Origin: a virus
IMG/VR virus record: IMGVR_UViG_3300030012_004221
Coordinates: 64,001-128,000 of that record
Direction: 5' to 3' (one strand)
DNA length: 64,000 nucleotides
Shown: one piece after another, positions 1-9,630 of the stretch
Numbering within the stretch: the first letter of the stretch is position 1
Layout: each line of letters starts with the position of its first letter
The notes under the pieces: model-generated
Told to the model about the DNA's origin: nothing
What the model saw: the letters and a program-made list of their open reading frames with translations, nothing else
The model's database searches: none
Made by a program: the position numbers and the translations under genes

Positions 1-501
1 ATAATCTAATACTTCTCTTGTAGGTGAATAACCATCTACATCTATTCTTAATAAAGCAATTTTATTAACATTAATGTTAGGTAATGTTTTATTAACGAAT
101 CCTTTTACAAAATTTATCCTTGGGTCATTTTCTAAACCAAATTGTTTAAATACACTTTGTACGTCTGGTAAAGGTATACTCATACCCATATCATTACCCT
201 TTTGGAACCTTTCACTAGTTTTACCGGCAGCATCTGAGTATGTTAATTTATCATATTTTGCATCTTCCAATGGTTGGAAACCTTTAAATGAATCGCACAC
301 CCATATTGTTCTATCTTTAAATAAATGACTTAAAAATACAGAATAACCACCTTTCCAAACACCACACTCAATAATATCACCTTGAATGGAATTAATATTA
401 TAATAATTTCTAACAACAGTTTGAAATAAAGGTTCACTAACCATAGTTACCTTATTTCCTCTAACTCCTGTTATTATGCTGTTTATAAAATCTATATCCA
501 C
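1..501 (-). CDS. TylF/MycF/NovP-family sugar O-methyltransferase (partial, runs off the window)
   Basis: Not in the ORF track. Manual translation from a GTG at 501, overlapping the upstream TAG, gives GDIIECGVWKGG, IWVCDSFKGF and IALLRIDVDGYSPT, which are TylF-type motifs. Confidence 0.8.
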   Translation of the reverse strand, partial: MDIDFINSIITGVRGNKVTMVSEPLFQTVVRNYYNINSIQGDIIECGVWKGGYSVFLSHLFKDRTIWVCDSFKGFQPLEDAKYDKLTYSDAAGKTSERFQKGNDMGMSIPLPDVQSVFKQFGLENDPRINFVKGFVNKTLPNINVNKIALLRIDVDGYSPTREVLDY

Positions 502-1133
502 TAATACGTTTTTTTATTTGTTACCCTTTCTAATACAGTTAATCCTTGACAATTAGTAAATCTTTCCTTAATTCTCCAATTTTGTTCATTAACCCTTAAA
601 AATTCTTCAATAGCAGGCCAAATACCTTTACCTTTAGGAAAACCCTCAGGTCTGGGGTTATCCCATCCTAAATGTTTTTCATAACCTACTTCATCAACAA
701 ACTCACAACTTGTAGTATCATGCATAATTATCCATTTACGTACTTTAGAAGCATGTAATTGTAATTCAGCTTTTAATTGTTTATAAACATGCCAAGTATC
801 TATAAATAATAAATCTGTTGGTGCTATATCAGCTTCTAAAACATTTTGACAGATAAACCTAAAATCAATATTATTTTCATTAGCTATATTAATTACATCA
901 TTTAGTTCACTTGCTGCCTGAAATTCTCTAGGGTGGAATATATCATATGATCTTAATACTTCTGGTTTACCTGCTAAAAATGCCCAAGTTGAAACTACTC
1001 CTCTAACCCCCATTTCAGTTATATGTCTACTTTTTTCAGCGTAGTTTTTTAAAGTATACAAATGCTCACGCATATCGTTAGATTTAGTCTGATTGTATAT
1101 ATCTTTTAATTTTTCGTCTAAATTTACTTTCAT
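501..1133 (-). CDS. Class I SAM-dependent methyltransferase (Methyltransf_24-like)
   Basis: EMGVRG, DLLFIDTWH and IIMHDT motifs. Start placed at the ATGA overlap at 1130-1133 rather than 1178. Confidence 0.75.
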   Translation of the reverse strand: MKVNLDEKLKDIYNQTKSNDMREHLYTLKNYAEKSRHITEMGVRGVVSTWAFLAGKPEVLRSYDIFHPREFQAASELNDVINIANENNIDFRFICQNVLEADIAPTDLLFIDTWHVYKQLKAELQLHASKVRKWIIMHDTTSCEFVDEVGYEKHLGWDNPRPEGFPKGKGIWPAIEEFLRVNEQNWRIKERFTNCQGLTVLERVTNKKTY

Positions 1134-1801
1134 ATAAGTTCCCAATTTATAGTAGGTGATAATAATCCCTCCATACAATGTGTAGCTAATCCTGGTATTG
1201 GGGTTAGTACATATCTTTGTCTTTCTTGATTAAGATACATAAAAGTATTATGATCTCCAACTGCATTTTCCCAAACATCATAATCTTGATCAAACATATC
1301 TCTTGTAATAATAAAAGTACCACAAGTACTAGGGGTTGTTCTCCAATGATGTGTTTTTGAAGTTATTACTTTTGATGCTAAATTATCATACATAGGCATG
1401 TACTTATCATTATGATCATATAAAGATACGTAATTTAAAGATTTATAAGTTGAAAATAAATCAATTATTTTATCAACCCAATTATCTAAATGTAGATAAT
1501 CATTTTCAACAAAATAAATAAGATCATCCTTATCCATTTTAGTATTTTGAATGTGTTTTAGTAAATCTCTATATGATAATAAACTTGAACGGTAATTAGT
1601 AGAAAATAATTCAAACTTATCTTTATAATTTTTTGTAAAATCATCTTCTATATTACCATCTAAAGCTAAAGTTAAATTAATATTATCTTTACCTTCAATA
1701 GTTTTAAGTAAATTTTTCCAACATTTTTCAAATGTAAACCAATGAGGTCTATTTCTTACTACACAATTTGAAGCATGTCTATAATATATGTGTATTTTCA
1801 T
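1130..1801 (-). CDS. GT-A fold glycosyltransferase (GT2-like)
   Basis: IYFVENDYLH DxD-like motif, STCGTF and PIPGLATH, within a glycan gene cluster. Confidence 0.65.
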   Translation of the reverse strand: MKIHIYYRHASNCVVRNRPHWFTFEKCWKNLLKTIEGKDNINLTLALDGNIEDDFTKNYKDKFELFSTNYRSSLLSYRDLLKHIQNTKMDKDDLIYFVENDYLHLDNWVDKIIDLFSTYKSLNYVSLYDHNDKYMPMYDNLASKVITSKTHHWRTTPSTCGTFIITRDMFDQDYDVWENAVGDHNTFMYLNQERQRYVLTPIPGLATHCMEGLLSPTINWELI

Positions 1802-2949
1802 TATTTTTTACAAACTAACATTATACTTGAACATAAATCTGGATATTGTTGACCTAAAGCATAACATCCATCTAAATAATCTTTATTTATTATATCTGTT
1901 TTTAATAATTTATCCCATTGAAAATTAGCTAATGCCTTAAAAAATATTCCTGATCTATTAGTAACATTCAACCCAGCTTCAATAGCATGACTATCTAAAA
2001 CATCTAAAGTATAAGTTATATGGTGTCCATGTTCTTTTTCTCTAGGTGTAATTGAGGTATTATGAGGTATTAATCCCATTTTAACAGCAATTTGTCTTGA
2101 CGGTGCATTTGCATTTGGAACAACTATAAATAACTTTCCTTTATCTGATAGCCATTCATTTTTAATTTTTTTAAGAAGTTCTACAGGCTTTTCTATATGT
2201 TCTAATACATGAGTAATAATAATATTATCATATTTAACAGGTAATTTTATATCTTCAAATCTACCTTCAACCCATCTTACATCAATTCCTATTTTTTCTT
2301 TAGCTTCATTAATAGCTTCAGATGAGGCCTCTACACAAGTAATAGAATCAAAATACGGAAGTAATCTTTTAGTAAAATCACCTTTAAAACTTCCTAATTC
2401 TAAACAATTCCCATTTACAAAATAAGGTTCAAATGATTTTATCATATAAGGATGCATCACATCAAAATCAAAATTATAAGCATATTTATGCGTTTCAGTA
2501 TCTTTAAACTCTTTATTGTAATCTCTTTCTAATTTAATACCCATTGTTATTATTTTTTCTTCGTCGTTTTTAACTATTTTAAAATTATGTTTTAAATAAA
2601 AATTTATAGCATTTTTATTCTGTCTAAATACTTCTAAATTAATTTCTTTGTATTTCTTATTTTTATAATACTTAATACATTCATTTAATAATGAAGCACC
2701 AATTCCTTTTTTACTATGTGTTTTATCTACACTTACGTTAGTAATAAATGCATTTTTATGATTTTCATTAGGGTATGCTGCAATTAACCCTATTAACTCA
2801 TTATCTTCAAATCGTTCAAATTTATCAGCACTTAAAAATATTTTTTGAGAATATTCTGTTAAATTTACATAACTATGTAGTTTGGGTGTAAAATTATTTT
2901 TACATACCTCTAAATGATTTCTTATATGTGCTAATGTTGATTTATTCAT
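1801..2949 (-). CDS. GNAT acetyltransferase fused to class I SAM methyltransferase
   Basis: N-terminal VSVDKTHSKKGIG and NKNAINFY (GNAT). C-terminal LELGSFKG, HVLEH and IVVPN (methyltransferase). Confidence 0.8.
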   Translation of the reverse strand: MNKSTLAHIRNHLEVCKNNFTPKLHSYVNLTEYSQKIFLSADKFERFEDNELIGLIAAYPNENHKNAFITNVSVDKTHSKKGIGASLLNECIKYYKNKKYKEINLEVFRQNKNAINFYLKHNFKIVKNDEEKIITMGIKLERDYNKEFKDTETHKYAYNFDFDVMHPYMIKSFEPYFVNGNCLELGSFKGDFTKRLLPYFDSITCVEASSEAINEAKEKIGIDVRWVEGRFEDIKLPVKYDNIIITHVLEHIEKPVELLKKIKNEWLSDKGKLFIVVPNANAPSRQIAVKMGLIPHNTSITPREKEHGHHITYTLDVLDSHAIEAGLNVTNRSGIFFKALANFQWDKLLKTDIINKDYLDGCYALGQQYPDLCSSIMLVCKK

Positions 2950-3907
2950 CTTCTAATACTGCTAATCCAAACCCATATTTACCAAATTCGTTTCCATTGT
3001 AAAGCATATACCACTTATCATCTAACTGAAACACATGGGGGTAATGATGCATTTCACTATCCCAACCTTTATCTGAATAGTGTATTCCTACATTTTTATC
3101 GTCTCTTACCCAATCTATTAAATTAGTAGAGTGAGCATAACCTATTTTATATCCTCTTCCTTTTTTATTTCTAAAATCTAAACCTTCTCTATAAACAAAA
3201 TACATATGATATTTTCCATCTTTATAAAATACATCAGGTCCCGCTTGACACTCATTAGGTCCTAAAATATCATCAATAATATTTTGATCATGTTTTAACC
3301 AATTAATACCATCTTTAGAAAATGCCATTTTAATTTTATAAATTATTTCTGGTCTATCATTATGGTTTATCCATTTTTCTCCAGCAAGATAAAATAAAAT
3401 ATATGAATTTCCAAATTGTCTTATTTTAGGTCCACTAATAACATAAGGTTCATTTGCTGATGGTCCTAATATTGGACCTTTTCCATATCTTTCAAATGTA
3501 TCACCTCCATTTTTACTAGTAGCTAATCCTATAGAGCAATTAAATGGAACTGATTTACATCTATACCAACCAGCATAATAAAGATTAATATCATTGCCCT
3601 CTTGAATAATAGATGAGGGATATATTGAATGTTCATCAAAAGCACCTATACTACCTAAGGGCATAACAGGTTTATCAGAAACACGTAATACTTTAGTTAA
3701 ATCATTTCTATCTAATTCTAACCATGTTGTGTTTGAGCTCATTTCACCATCAGCTTCCCTTTCCGGTCTACAGGCGAAATAAACTCTAACACAATCATCT
3801 TTTACTAAAGTACTAACTGATTGTGAGTGGGATTTCATCCAATCTCTTTTAATACCATCATCCCACTTTGTTGGGTCAAATACTTGACCTAATTTTTTCC
3901 ATTTCAT
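2942..3907 (-). CDS. Five-bladed beta-propeller glycosidase-like protein (GH32/43/130-like)
   Basis: Repeated blades IGLATSKNGG, KMAFSKDGINW, IGYAHSTNLIDW and YMLYNGN. This type is typical next to wbqC genes. Confidence 0.7.
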   Translation of the reverse strand: MKWKKLGQVFDPTKWDDGIKRDWMKSHSQSVSTLVKDDCVRVYFACRPEREADGEMSSNTTWLELDRNDLTKVLRVSDKPVMPLGSIGAFDEHSIYPSSIIQEGNDINLYYAGWYRCKSVPFNCSIGLATSKNGGDTFERYGKGPILGPSANEPYVISGPKIRQFGNSYILFYLAGEKWINHNDRPEIIYKIKMAFSKDGINWLKHDQNIIDDILGPNECQAGPDVFYKDGKYHMYFVYREGLDFRNKKGRGYKIGYAHSTNLIDWVRDDKNVGIHYSDKGWDSEMHHYPHVFQLDDKWYMLYNGNEFGKYGFGLAVLEDE

Positions 3908-4611
3908 ATTAAAGTATATTCATTTAAATAATCTGTTATATCTTGCCTTTTATTAAACATTAAAACATCTAAAATAGAAAGCCAAGGAATAAATTCATTA
4001 TTATATTGTTTATAATTTAAAGGTGGGGATTTTATAAACATTAAATCTAAACCTTCATTTTTAAAATCTTGAACATCATATAATTCTTGTCCACCAATAG
4101 CATTTATGTAAGTACTACCATTTAATTTTTTACATATAGCCACTACTTTATCTCTTCCTTTTAACGTATGATCAATATTTACATTTGATGATATTGTAAT
4201 TTTAGTATCAATTCTTAAATATGAATTTAATAAATGTAAACTTCCTAATATAAATTCAAATAAATTAGTATTAGGTAATTCAAAGATTGAACTAATAATT
4301 GGTAATACTTTATCATAATAAGGTGCTTTTCTATAAGCAGCTTTGATTTGATTTAGCATTTTTAATTTTTCTTTATCCCAACTATCAGCTAAAAATCTAT
4401 CTTTAACGTCTAAATAATCAGAGTCTTTTTTTAAAGGTAATGTTAAAATTTTATCATTACCATTAACCAATATTCTATTTCTATTAATCCAACCTTTTTT
4501 AGTATACTGGATATTATCATAGATTACAAACTCATCTACTGAGTTTATTAGGTGAAAATATCCTACATATGGGAGAAAGTAGGGTTGCATTATTGCTACT
4601 CTCTTACTCAT
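3904..4611 (-). CDS. wbqC: WbqC-family protein (putative aminoacyl/glycyl transferase to an amino sugar)
   Basis: AIMQPYFLPYVGYF, WINRNRI, YINAIGG and LSILDVL signatures. Confidence 0.9.
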   Translation of the reverse strand: MSKRVAIMQPYFLPYVGYFHLINSVDEFVIYDNIQYTKKGWINRNRILVNGNDKILTLPLKKDSDYLDVKDRFLADSWDKEKLKMLNQIKAAYRKAPYYDKVLPIISSIFELPNTNLFEFILGSLHLLNSYLRIDTKITISSNVNIDHTLKGRDKVVAICKKLNGSTYINAIGGQELYDVQDFKNEGLDLMFIKSPPLNYKQYNNEFIPWLSILDVLMFNKRQDITDYLNEYTLI

Positions 4612-4612
4612 G

Positions 4613-5236
4613 CTATTGATTGTAAATTGGAAATTTAGATAAATCAGGATAAGGCATTGTTTTATCCTTATTCTTTATTGGTTTTTCACCATTCCAAAAT
4701 TGACCCATTAATAATAAACCTCTAGCTGCCAATTCAGGCATCATATAAAAATTCCATCCTAACATATCAAAATTATCATCATGATATGAACATTCACGTC
4801 TACCACTGTATCTAGCGCGTTTAAACCATAGGTAAGCATCATGATCATCAGTTATAATAGCTCCACCTTTACTTAATTTAAAATGTTTAAACGGACCAGT
4901 AAACGATAAACACATATGTGTATTTGGTTTATACATTCCATAAGTAAAACTTAATGCAGCATCCCATACTTTAGTTCCCCCTAAATTATAAGCCCCAGTT
5001 ATTGTTTTACCTTTAACTTTTTTCCATTTAATTTTAGCACCCGCATGAATTATTTCACATGGAACTGATGGGTAGGTTCTATTAGGTATTTCAATTTCTT
5101 TACCTTTAACTCCCTCATACATTAATGATAAGAAAATAGCATTACTACAATTATCAAGGCAAACTGCATAAGGAGCCCCTGTATATTCAGCTAATTTAGT
5201 TTCTAATTCATTAGTACAATCATAAACATTATTCAT
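4613..5236 (-). CDS. Short DegT/DnrJ/EryC1/StrS PLP-dependent sugar aminotransferase
   Basis: LAEYTGAPYAV, DAA, SFTGPFKH (PLP lysine), GGAIITDD and GWNFYM. Only 207 aa. Confidence 0.8.
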   Translation of the reverse strand: MNNVYDCTNELETKLAEYTGAPYAVCLDNCSNAIFLSLMYEGVKGKEIEIPNRTYPSVPCEIIHAGAKIKWKKVKGKTITGAYNLGGTKVWDAALSFTYGMYKPNTHMCLSFTGPFKHFKLSKGGAIITDDHDAYLWFKRARYSGRRECSYHDDNFDMLGWNFYMMPELAARGLLLMGQFWNGEKPIKNKDKTMPYPDLSKFPIYNQ

Positions 5237-5242
5237 AACTTT

Positions 5243-6256
5243 TTATTTTTCTTCTGTTTTCCAAAACTCATAGATTCCTTTATCTAACTCATATTCACCC
5301 CAAAAGAATCTTTCTCTCATAGGTTGGGTTTGAGCCCATTCCCACATTTTAGTTAATCCCTCTTCTAAATCAATTTTATGATCAAAATCTAATAATTCAA
5401 CTGATTTTTCCCAAGTAGACCAAGCATGTTTAGCTTCATGTCTACCTTCTAAATACTTTGGTTTTAAATCTGTACCTGTAACTTTAATTAATGTTTGACA
5501 TGCTTCATTTATAGTATATTCTTTAATACCACCTAAATTAATTATTTCATCAATACATTCATCTCTTTGTGACGCATTCCAAAATGGAATAATAGAATCA
5601 TCTACATAACTAAATGCTCTCACTTGTTCACCATCACCAAATATTGTTGGTTGCATATCATTCATAATTTGGTACATCCAAATACCTAGCACATTCCTAT
5701 ATTTATCCCAAATATTTTGGTTTTGACCATAAAAATTATGTGGTCTTACAATTGTATATTTTAAACCATGTTGTTCGTAAGCAATTTTTAAATCCATTTC
5801 AACTCCATATTTAGCTACAGCATAAGGATCAATTGGTGACTGTTGTAAATCTTCATGGAATGGTGGTTCATATTTATTTCCATAAACTGACATTGAACTG
5901 GCAAATACAAATCTATTTACATCATGTTTAATACTACAAGTAATTAAATTAGTAGATGCAATTAAATTATTTTCGTAATTATATTTTCTAATAAACGGAC
6001 TTAAACCTTCAGCAGCATACGCAGCAAAATGATAAACAATATCTGGTTGGTATTTTTTAAATAATTTATCTACTCTATTTAGAGATTTAAGATCAAATTT
6101 ATAAAATTTAACACCTTTAGGAATATTCTCAATATACCCCCCACTTAAATCATCTACACCTACTACTTTATAATCTGTGTTGTTAATAATCCAATCTGCT
6201 AGTCTACTTCCTAGTAAACCTGCTACTCCTGTTACTAATACTATTTTTTTACTCAT
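5243..6256 (-). CDS. NAD-dependent nucleotide-sugar epimerase/dehydratase
   Basis: TGVAGLLG, SSMSVYG, YAVAK (YxxxK) and GDGEQVRAF. Confidence 0.9.
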   Translation of the reverse strand: MSKKIVLVTGVAGLLGSRLADWIINNTDYKVVGVDDLSGGYIENIPKGVKFYKFDLKSLNRVDKLFKKYQPDIVYHFAAYAAEGLSPFIRKYNYENNLIASTNLITCSIKHDVNRFVFASSMSVYGNKYEPPFHEDLQQSPIDPYAVAKYGVEMDLKIAYEQHGLKYTIVRPHNFYGQNQNIWDKYRNVLGIWMYQIMNDMQPTIFGDGEQVRAFSYVDDSIIPFWNASQRDECIDEIINLGGIKEYTINEACQTLIKVTGTDLKPKYLEGRHEAKHAWSTWEKSVELLDFDHKIDLEEGLTKMWEWAQTQPMRERFFWGEYELDKGIYEFWKTEEK

Positions 6257-6876
6257 AATGTATTATAATAATTGTTTTGTTTTACTTGTTTTTCTATATC
6301 TTTAGGATGATACAAAGCAAATCTTTCTTCTTCAAGCAGATTAGACCATGTTTTATATCCTTCTAGTACTTCATGTACTTTATTTACCCATCTAATTTTA
6401 GTATTATTTTTATAAATTCTCCACTGAAAATCAGGCCAATTAACCCAACCTTTATCATTTACATTCCATCTCCACTGTCTAACATACTCTTCAGTTAAAC
6501 CATGTACTGTATTAACTCTAGGTACTCTAATTACTTCATTATCTGGATTACTTAATATTATTTCTGGTAGATATTCTATTAATGTTTCATGTGGCATTTC
6601 ATCTGCATCTATTTGAAATATCCAGTCACCACTGCACATATCAGTTAATTTATTTTTCCAATTAGCAAAATGCCCATCAAATTCACCTGGTACCCAAGCA
6701 AATTCTCCATTAATAGATTTTGCTCTTAAAAACTGTTCTATACCCTCATGACCATTATTAATGTCATATAACACAACAACATCGTCTTCTGGTCTTTTAT
6801 TTTTTAGTAAAAAAGGAATTAATCTTTGTATTTCTACAAACTCGTTGCAAACTGTAATGGCATAACTGATTCTCAT
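6253..6876 (-). CDS. Glycosyltransferase family 2
   Basis: WIFQIDADE DxD motif, WPDFQWR and VHE. Confidence 0.85.
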   Translation of the reverse strand: MRISYAITVCNEFVEIQRLIPFLLKNKRPEDDVVVLYDINNGHEGIEQFLRAKSINGEFAWVPGEFDGHFANWKNKLTDMCSGDWIFQIDADEMPHETLIEYLPEIILSNPDNEVIRVPRVNTVHGLTEEYVRQWRWNVNDKGWVNWPDFQWRIYKNNTKIRWVNKVHEVLEGYKTWSNLLEEERFALYHPKDIEKQVKQNNYYNTL

Positions 6877-6880
6877 ATGG

Positions 6881-7726
6881 CTATAAATTGTTAATGTAAT
6901 ATAATAATTTATCTTGAGGTCTCCAACCTAAGAGTTCAATAGCATCTTCACTTTCACAAAGTGTTTCTCTATAATTTCCTGGTTGGTCTTCTAGATAGGC
7001 TATCTCACAATTAAATTTATTTTGAAACATTTTAGCTAATTCATTAATTGAATAATTAACTCCAGTTCCTAATTCCCAAGCATCATGATGTTCTATATTC
7101 TTAATTCCTACTTTATATAAACCATCAACTATATCTTCTACATGAGTAAAATCTCTTCTTTGTTCACCATCACCTACTATTTCAATATCAACTCCTCTTT
7201 CAACTCTTGATCTCCAAATTCCAATTACATTACCATTTACTTCATCTAATGCTTCACCTGGACCATATACATTATAAAATCTACAGATTTCAACTTCTAA
7301 ATTAAAAGACTCTTTATATAGTTTACAAATACCCTCACCTAAATATTTGTACATAGCATAAGGTGAAGTTGCTGGGTTATGGTGTTTAGATGATGAGCCA
7401 GCATATACTACTTTAGCTCCTATTTCAAGAGCAAATTTACATACTGCCTCAGTTCCTTTTACATTTACTCTAAATGTTTCAGATGGATTATCAAATGATG
7501 GTTGTACTCTAGATTGTGCTGCTAAATGATAAATTAAATCATAATCTTGATGAATTGACTCAATTTCTTCAATATCATCTCTAAAATATTTAATTGTGGG
7601 TAAATGATTACTAGTAGTACCTGTAGTGTAATTATCCAAGGAATGAACTTCATGGCCTTCTTTCATTAACCTTTCTATTAAATTAATTCCTATAAAGCCA
7701 GCTCCTCCTGTTACTAATATTTTCAT
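6881..7726 (-). CDS. NAD-dependent nucleotide-sugar epimerase/dehydratase
   Basis: TGGAGFIG, YAMYK, RFYNVYGP and GDGEQRRDF. Confidence 0.9.
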   Translation of the reverse strand: MKILVTGGAGFIGINLIERLMKEGHEVHSLDNYTTGTTSNHLPTIKYFRDDIEEIESIHQDYDLIYHLAAQSRVQPSFDNPSETFRVNVKGTEAVCKFALEIGAKVVYAGSSSKHHNPATSPYAMYKYLGEGICKLYKESFNLEVEICRFYNVYGPGEALDEVNGNVIGIWRSRVERGVDIEIVGDGEQRRDFTHVEDIVDGLYKVGIKNIEHHDAWELGTGVNYSINELAKMFQNKFNCEIAYLEDQPGNYRETLCESEDAIELLGWRPQDKLLYYINNL

Positions 7727-7729
7727 TTT

Positions 7730-7870
7730 TTAAATAGTTCTATATCTTCTTTTATTATTCCAAGTTATTCTATTTGCTTGACCTAAATAACTCATAGATG
7801 ATGTTCTATCATTAAACTCATTTCTGATTGAATTTAACTGAACATTTCCATTATCTTGTTTTCTTTCCAT
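7730..7870 (-). CDS. Small hypothetical protein (46 aa, MERKQDNGNVQLN...)
   Basis: Manually translated ATG-to-TAA ORF that fills the gap between its neighbours. Confidence 0.6.
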   Translation of the reverse strand: MERKQDNGNVQLNSIRNEFNDRTSSMSYLGQANRITWNNKRRYRTI

Positions 7871-7880
7871 TTTATATTAA

Positions 7881-8336
7881 TTATGCTGAGAAAATTCCTA
7901 TATAATCTAATGCTTCTATATAGTCTTTTTCATCAAATTCTTTCATAGTATCCATATCCATTCTCCACTCATAATATTCACCTTCTTTATGTGGTATTGG
8001 ATATTTTTCTTTTTCTTCTTCCTTTACAGGAACTGCTAATACAGCTGCCCATTTCCAATTATCTATAGAATTACCATTAGCAAATATCATACCTTTTTCA
8101 GGTTGATTAACAGTTGAGGGCATCCAAATTTTACCAGATTCATCCTCTCCCATTAACTCTTTATATAAATTAGGTAGTAATTCCATTTGTTCTTCAAAAA
8201 ACCTACTATCTTTTTTTAACAATGTGTTAGTAATAAAACCACAACCATAGCATTGATAATTTGTTATTTCCTCATTTACTTCTTGAACATAACAAGCATC
8301 TGATCCACATCTGTCACATATTTTTAAATCATCCAT
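7881..8336 (-). CDS. Hypothetical protein with N-terminal Zn-ribbon
   Basis: CDRC and CYGC cysteine pairs. Confidence 0.6.
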   Translation of the reverse strand: MDDLKICDRCGSDACYVQEVNEEITNYQCYGCGFITNTLLKKDSRFFEEQMELLPNLYKELMGEDESGKIWMPSTVNQPEKGMIFANGNSIDNWKWAAVLAVPVKEEEKEKYPIPHKEGEYYEWRMDMDTMKEFDEKDYIEALDYIGIFSA

Positions 8337-8337
8337 T

Positions 8338-9630
8338 TTATACTTTTTTTAATGTTGGTAATGAAGTTCCCTCTAATTTTGGAATATTTAATTTTACTTG
8401 TGTAGGTACATCTACATTTTTATCCAAAATTTCTATTAGTAGGTTCTTCATAGCTTCAAAACTAAAATTTCTCTTAAGTCTAGTACTTAATACTTTAGAC
8501 TTTGAACACCATTGTTTATAATTTTTCTTTACATCTACTAAAAAATGACCTAAATGACCATGATCAACATCAAACCATTTAGATCCTTCAATTAACATAT
8601 CTTTTGCTTGAGCTGATGGGTGAATGTCTGTTAATTTACCTCCCATTATTGGTGTTAATTTTGGATCTAAAAAATCAGTATGACCACTCCATCCAGTTGT
8701 TATAGTTGGTTTACCTGTTAAAGCAAACTCTAATAATGGTCTACCAAATCCTTCACCTTTAGTTGCTGATACATTTGCTTTGATTTTAGGATGGTTATAT
8801 AATTCATTAATTTCAGAATCAGATAAATCACCATGAAGTAAATACACATGAGGTAATTTTTTAGCTGGTACTGATTTTTTAATTACATCAATTCTTTTTT
8901 GAATTTCTCTTCTATCCATATTACATCCTCTACCTGCACTTGTTTTTAGGATTAAAGCTGGGGCATTTGATTTATTTTTAAATACTTCATAGAAGGCTTT
9001 AACTAATAATCCAACATTTTTTCTATCTTGACCTAACTCACCTTGTAACCAATGACCTACAAATAGATAAGCAAATTTTTCTGGGATATTATTTATATAG
9101 TTGTATAATTTTTTACTATTAAATTCTTTAACAGTTTTATAAACATCTAAATTAGCCCCCTCAAATAATACTTTAACAGGAGTAGTTAATTTTAACGTTC
9201 CTTTTTCACCCGTTTGTTTATTTTGAGCTTCATATGTAGTACTTTCAAATACTTTTTTAGAATGATTTGATGAAGTTAATACTAAATCCATTCTATTACA
9301 ACCTTCAATCCATTGAGGGGCACAAGCTGTTGTTTCAATCCCAGCTGTAAGTCCAATATTATATTTTCCTACTTTTTGAAATTCATTAGGAACAGTTACC
9401 TGACACCAAATATCAGGCTGGACATTTAGTCCAGGTACTACATATTTTTTTAGAAAATTCCATTCTTTAAAATCATCTAAAAATCCTTTTCTAGTTTGAC
9501 CCCATCTTTGAGATAATATTTTAACATCATATTTATTTGATTCAATTAATGCTTTAACAAAATCTCTACTTCTAGCTCCATAACCCGAGTAAGTATCTAT
9601 TGGGCAACTTATATAAAATGTATTTTTCAT
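8338..9630 (-). CDS. GT-B glycosyltransferase (GT4-like)
   Basis: SGYGARSRD, RKNVG and GEGFGRPLLEF. Confidence 0.85.
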   Translation of the reverse strand: MKNTFYISCPIDTYSGYGARSRDFVKALIESNKYDVKILSQRWGQTRKGFLDDFKEWNFLKKYVVPGLNVQPDIWCQVTVPNEFQKVGKYNIGLTAGIETTACAPQWIEGCNRMDLVLTSSNHSKKVFESTTYEAQNKQTGEKGTLKLTTPVKVLFEGANLDVYKTVKEFNSKKLYNYINNIPEKFAYLFVGHWLQGELGQDRKNVGLLVKAFYEVFKNKSNAPALILKTSAGRGCNMDRREIQKRIDVIKKSVPAKKLPHVYLLHGDLSDSEINELYNHPKIKANVSATKGEGFGRPLLEFALTGKPTITTGWSGHTDFLDPKLTPIMGGKLTDIHPSAQAKDMLIEGSKWFDVDHGHLGHFLVDVKKNYKQWCSKSKVLSTRLKRNFSFEAMKNLLIEILDKNVDVPTQVKLNIPKLEGTSLPTLKKV

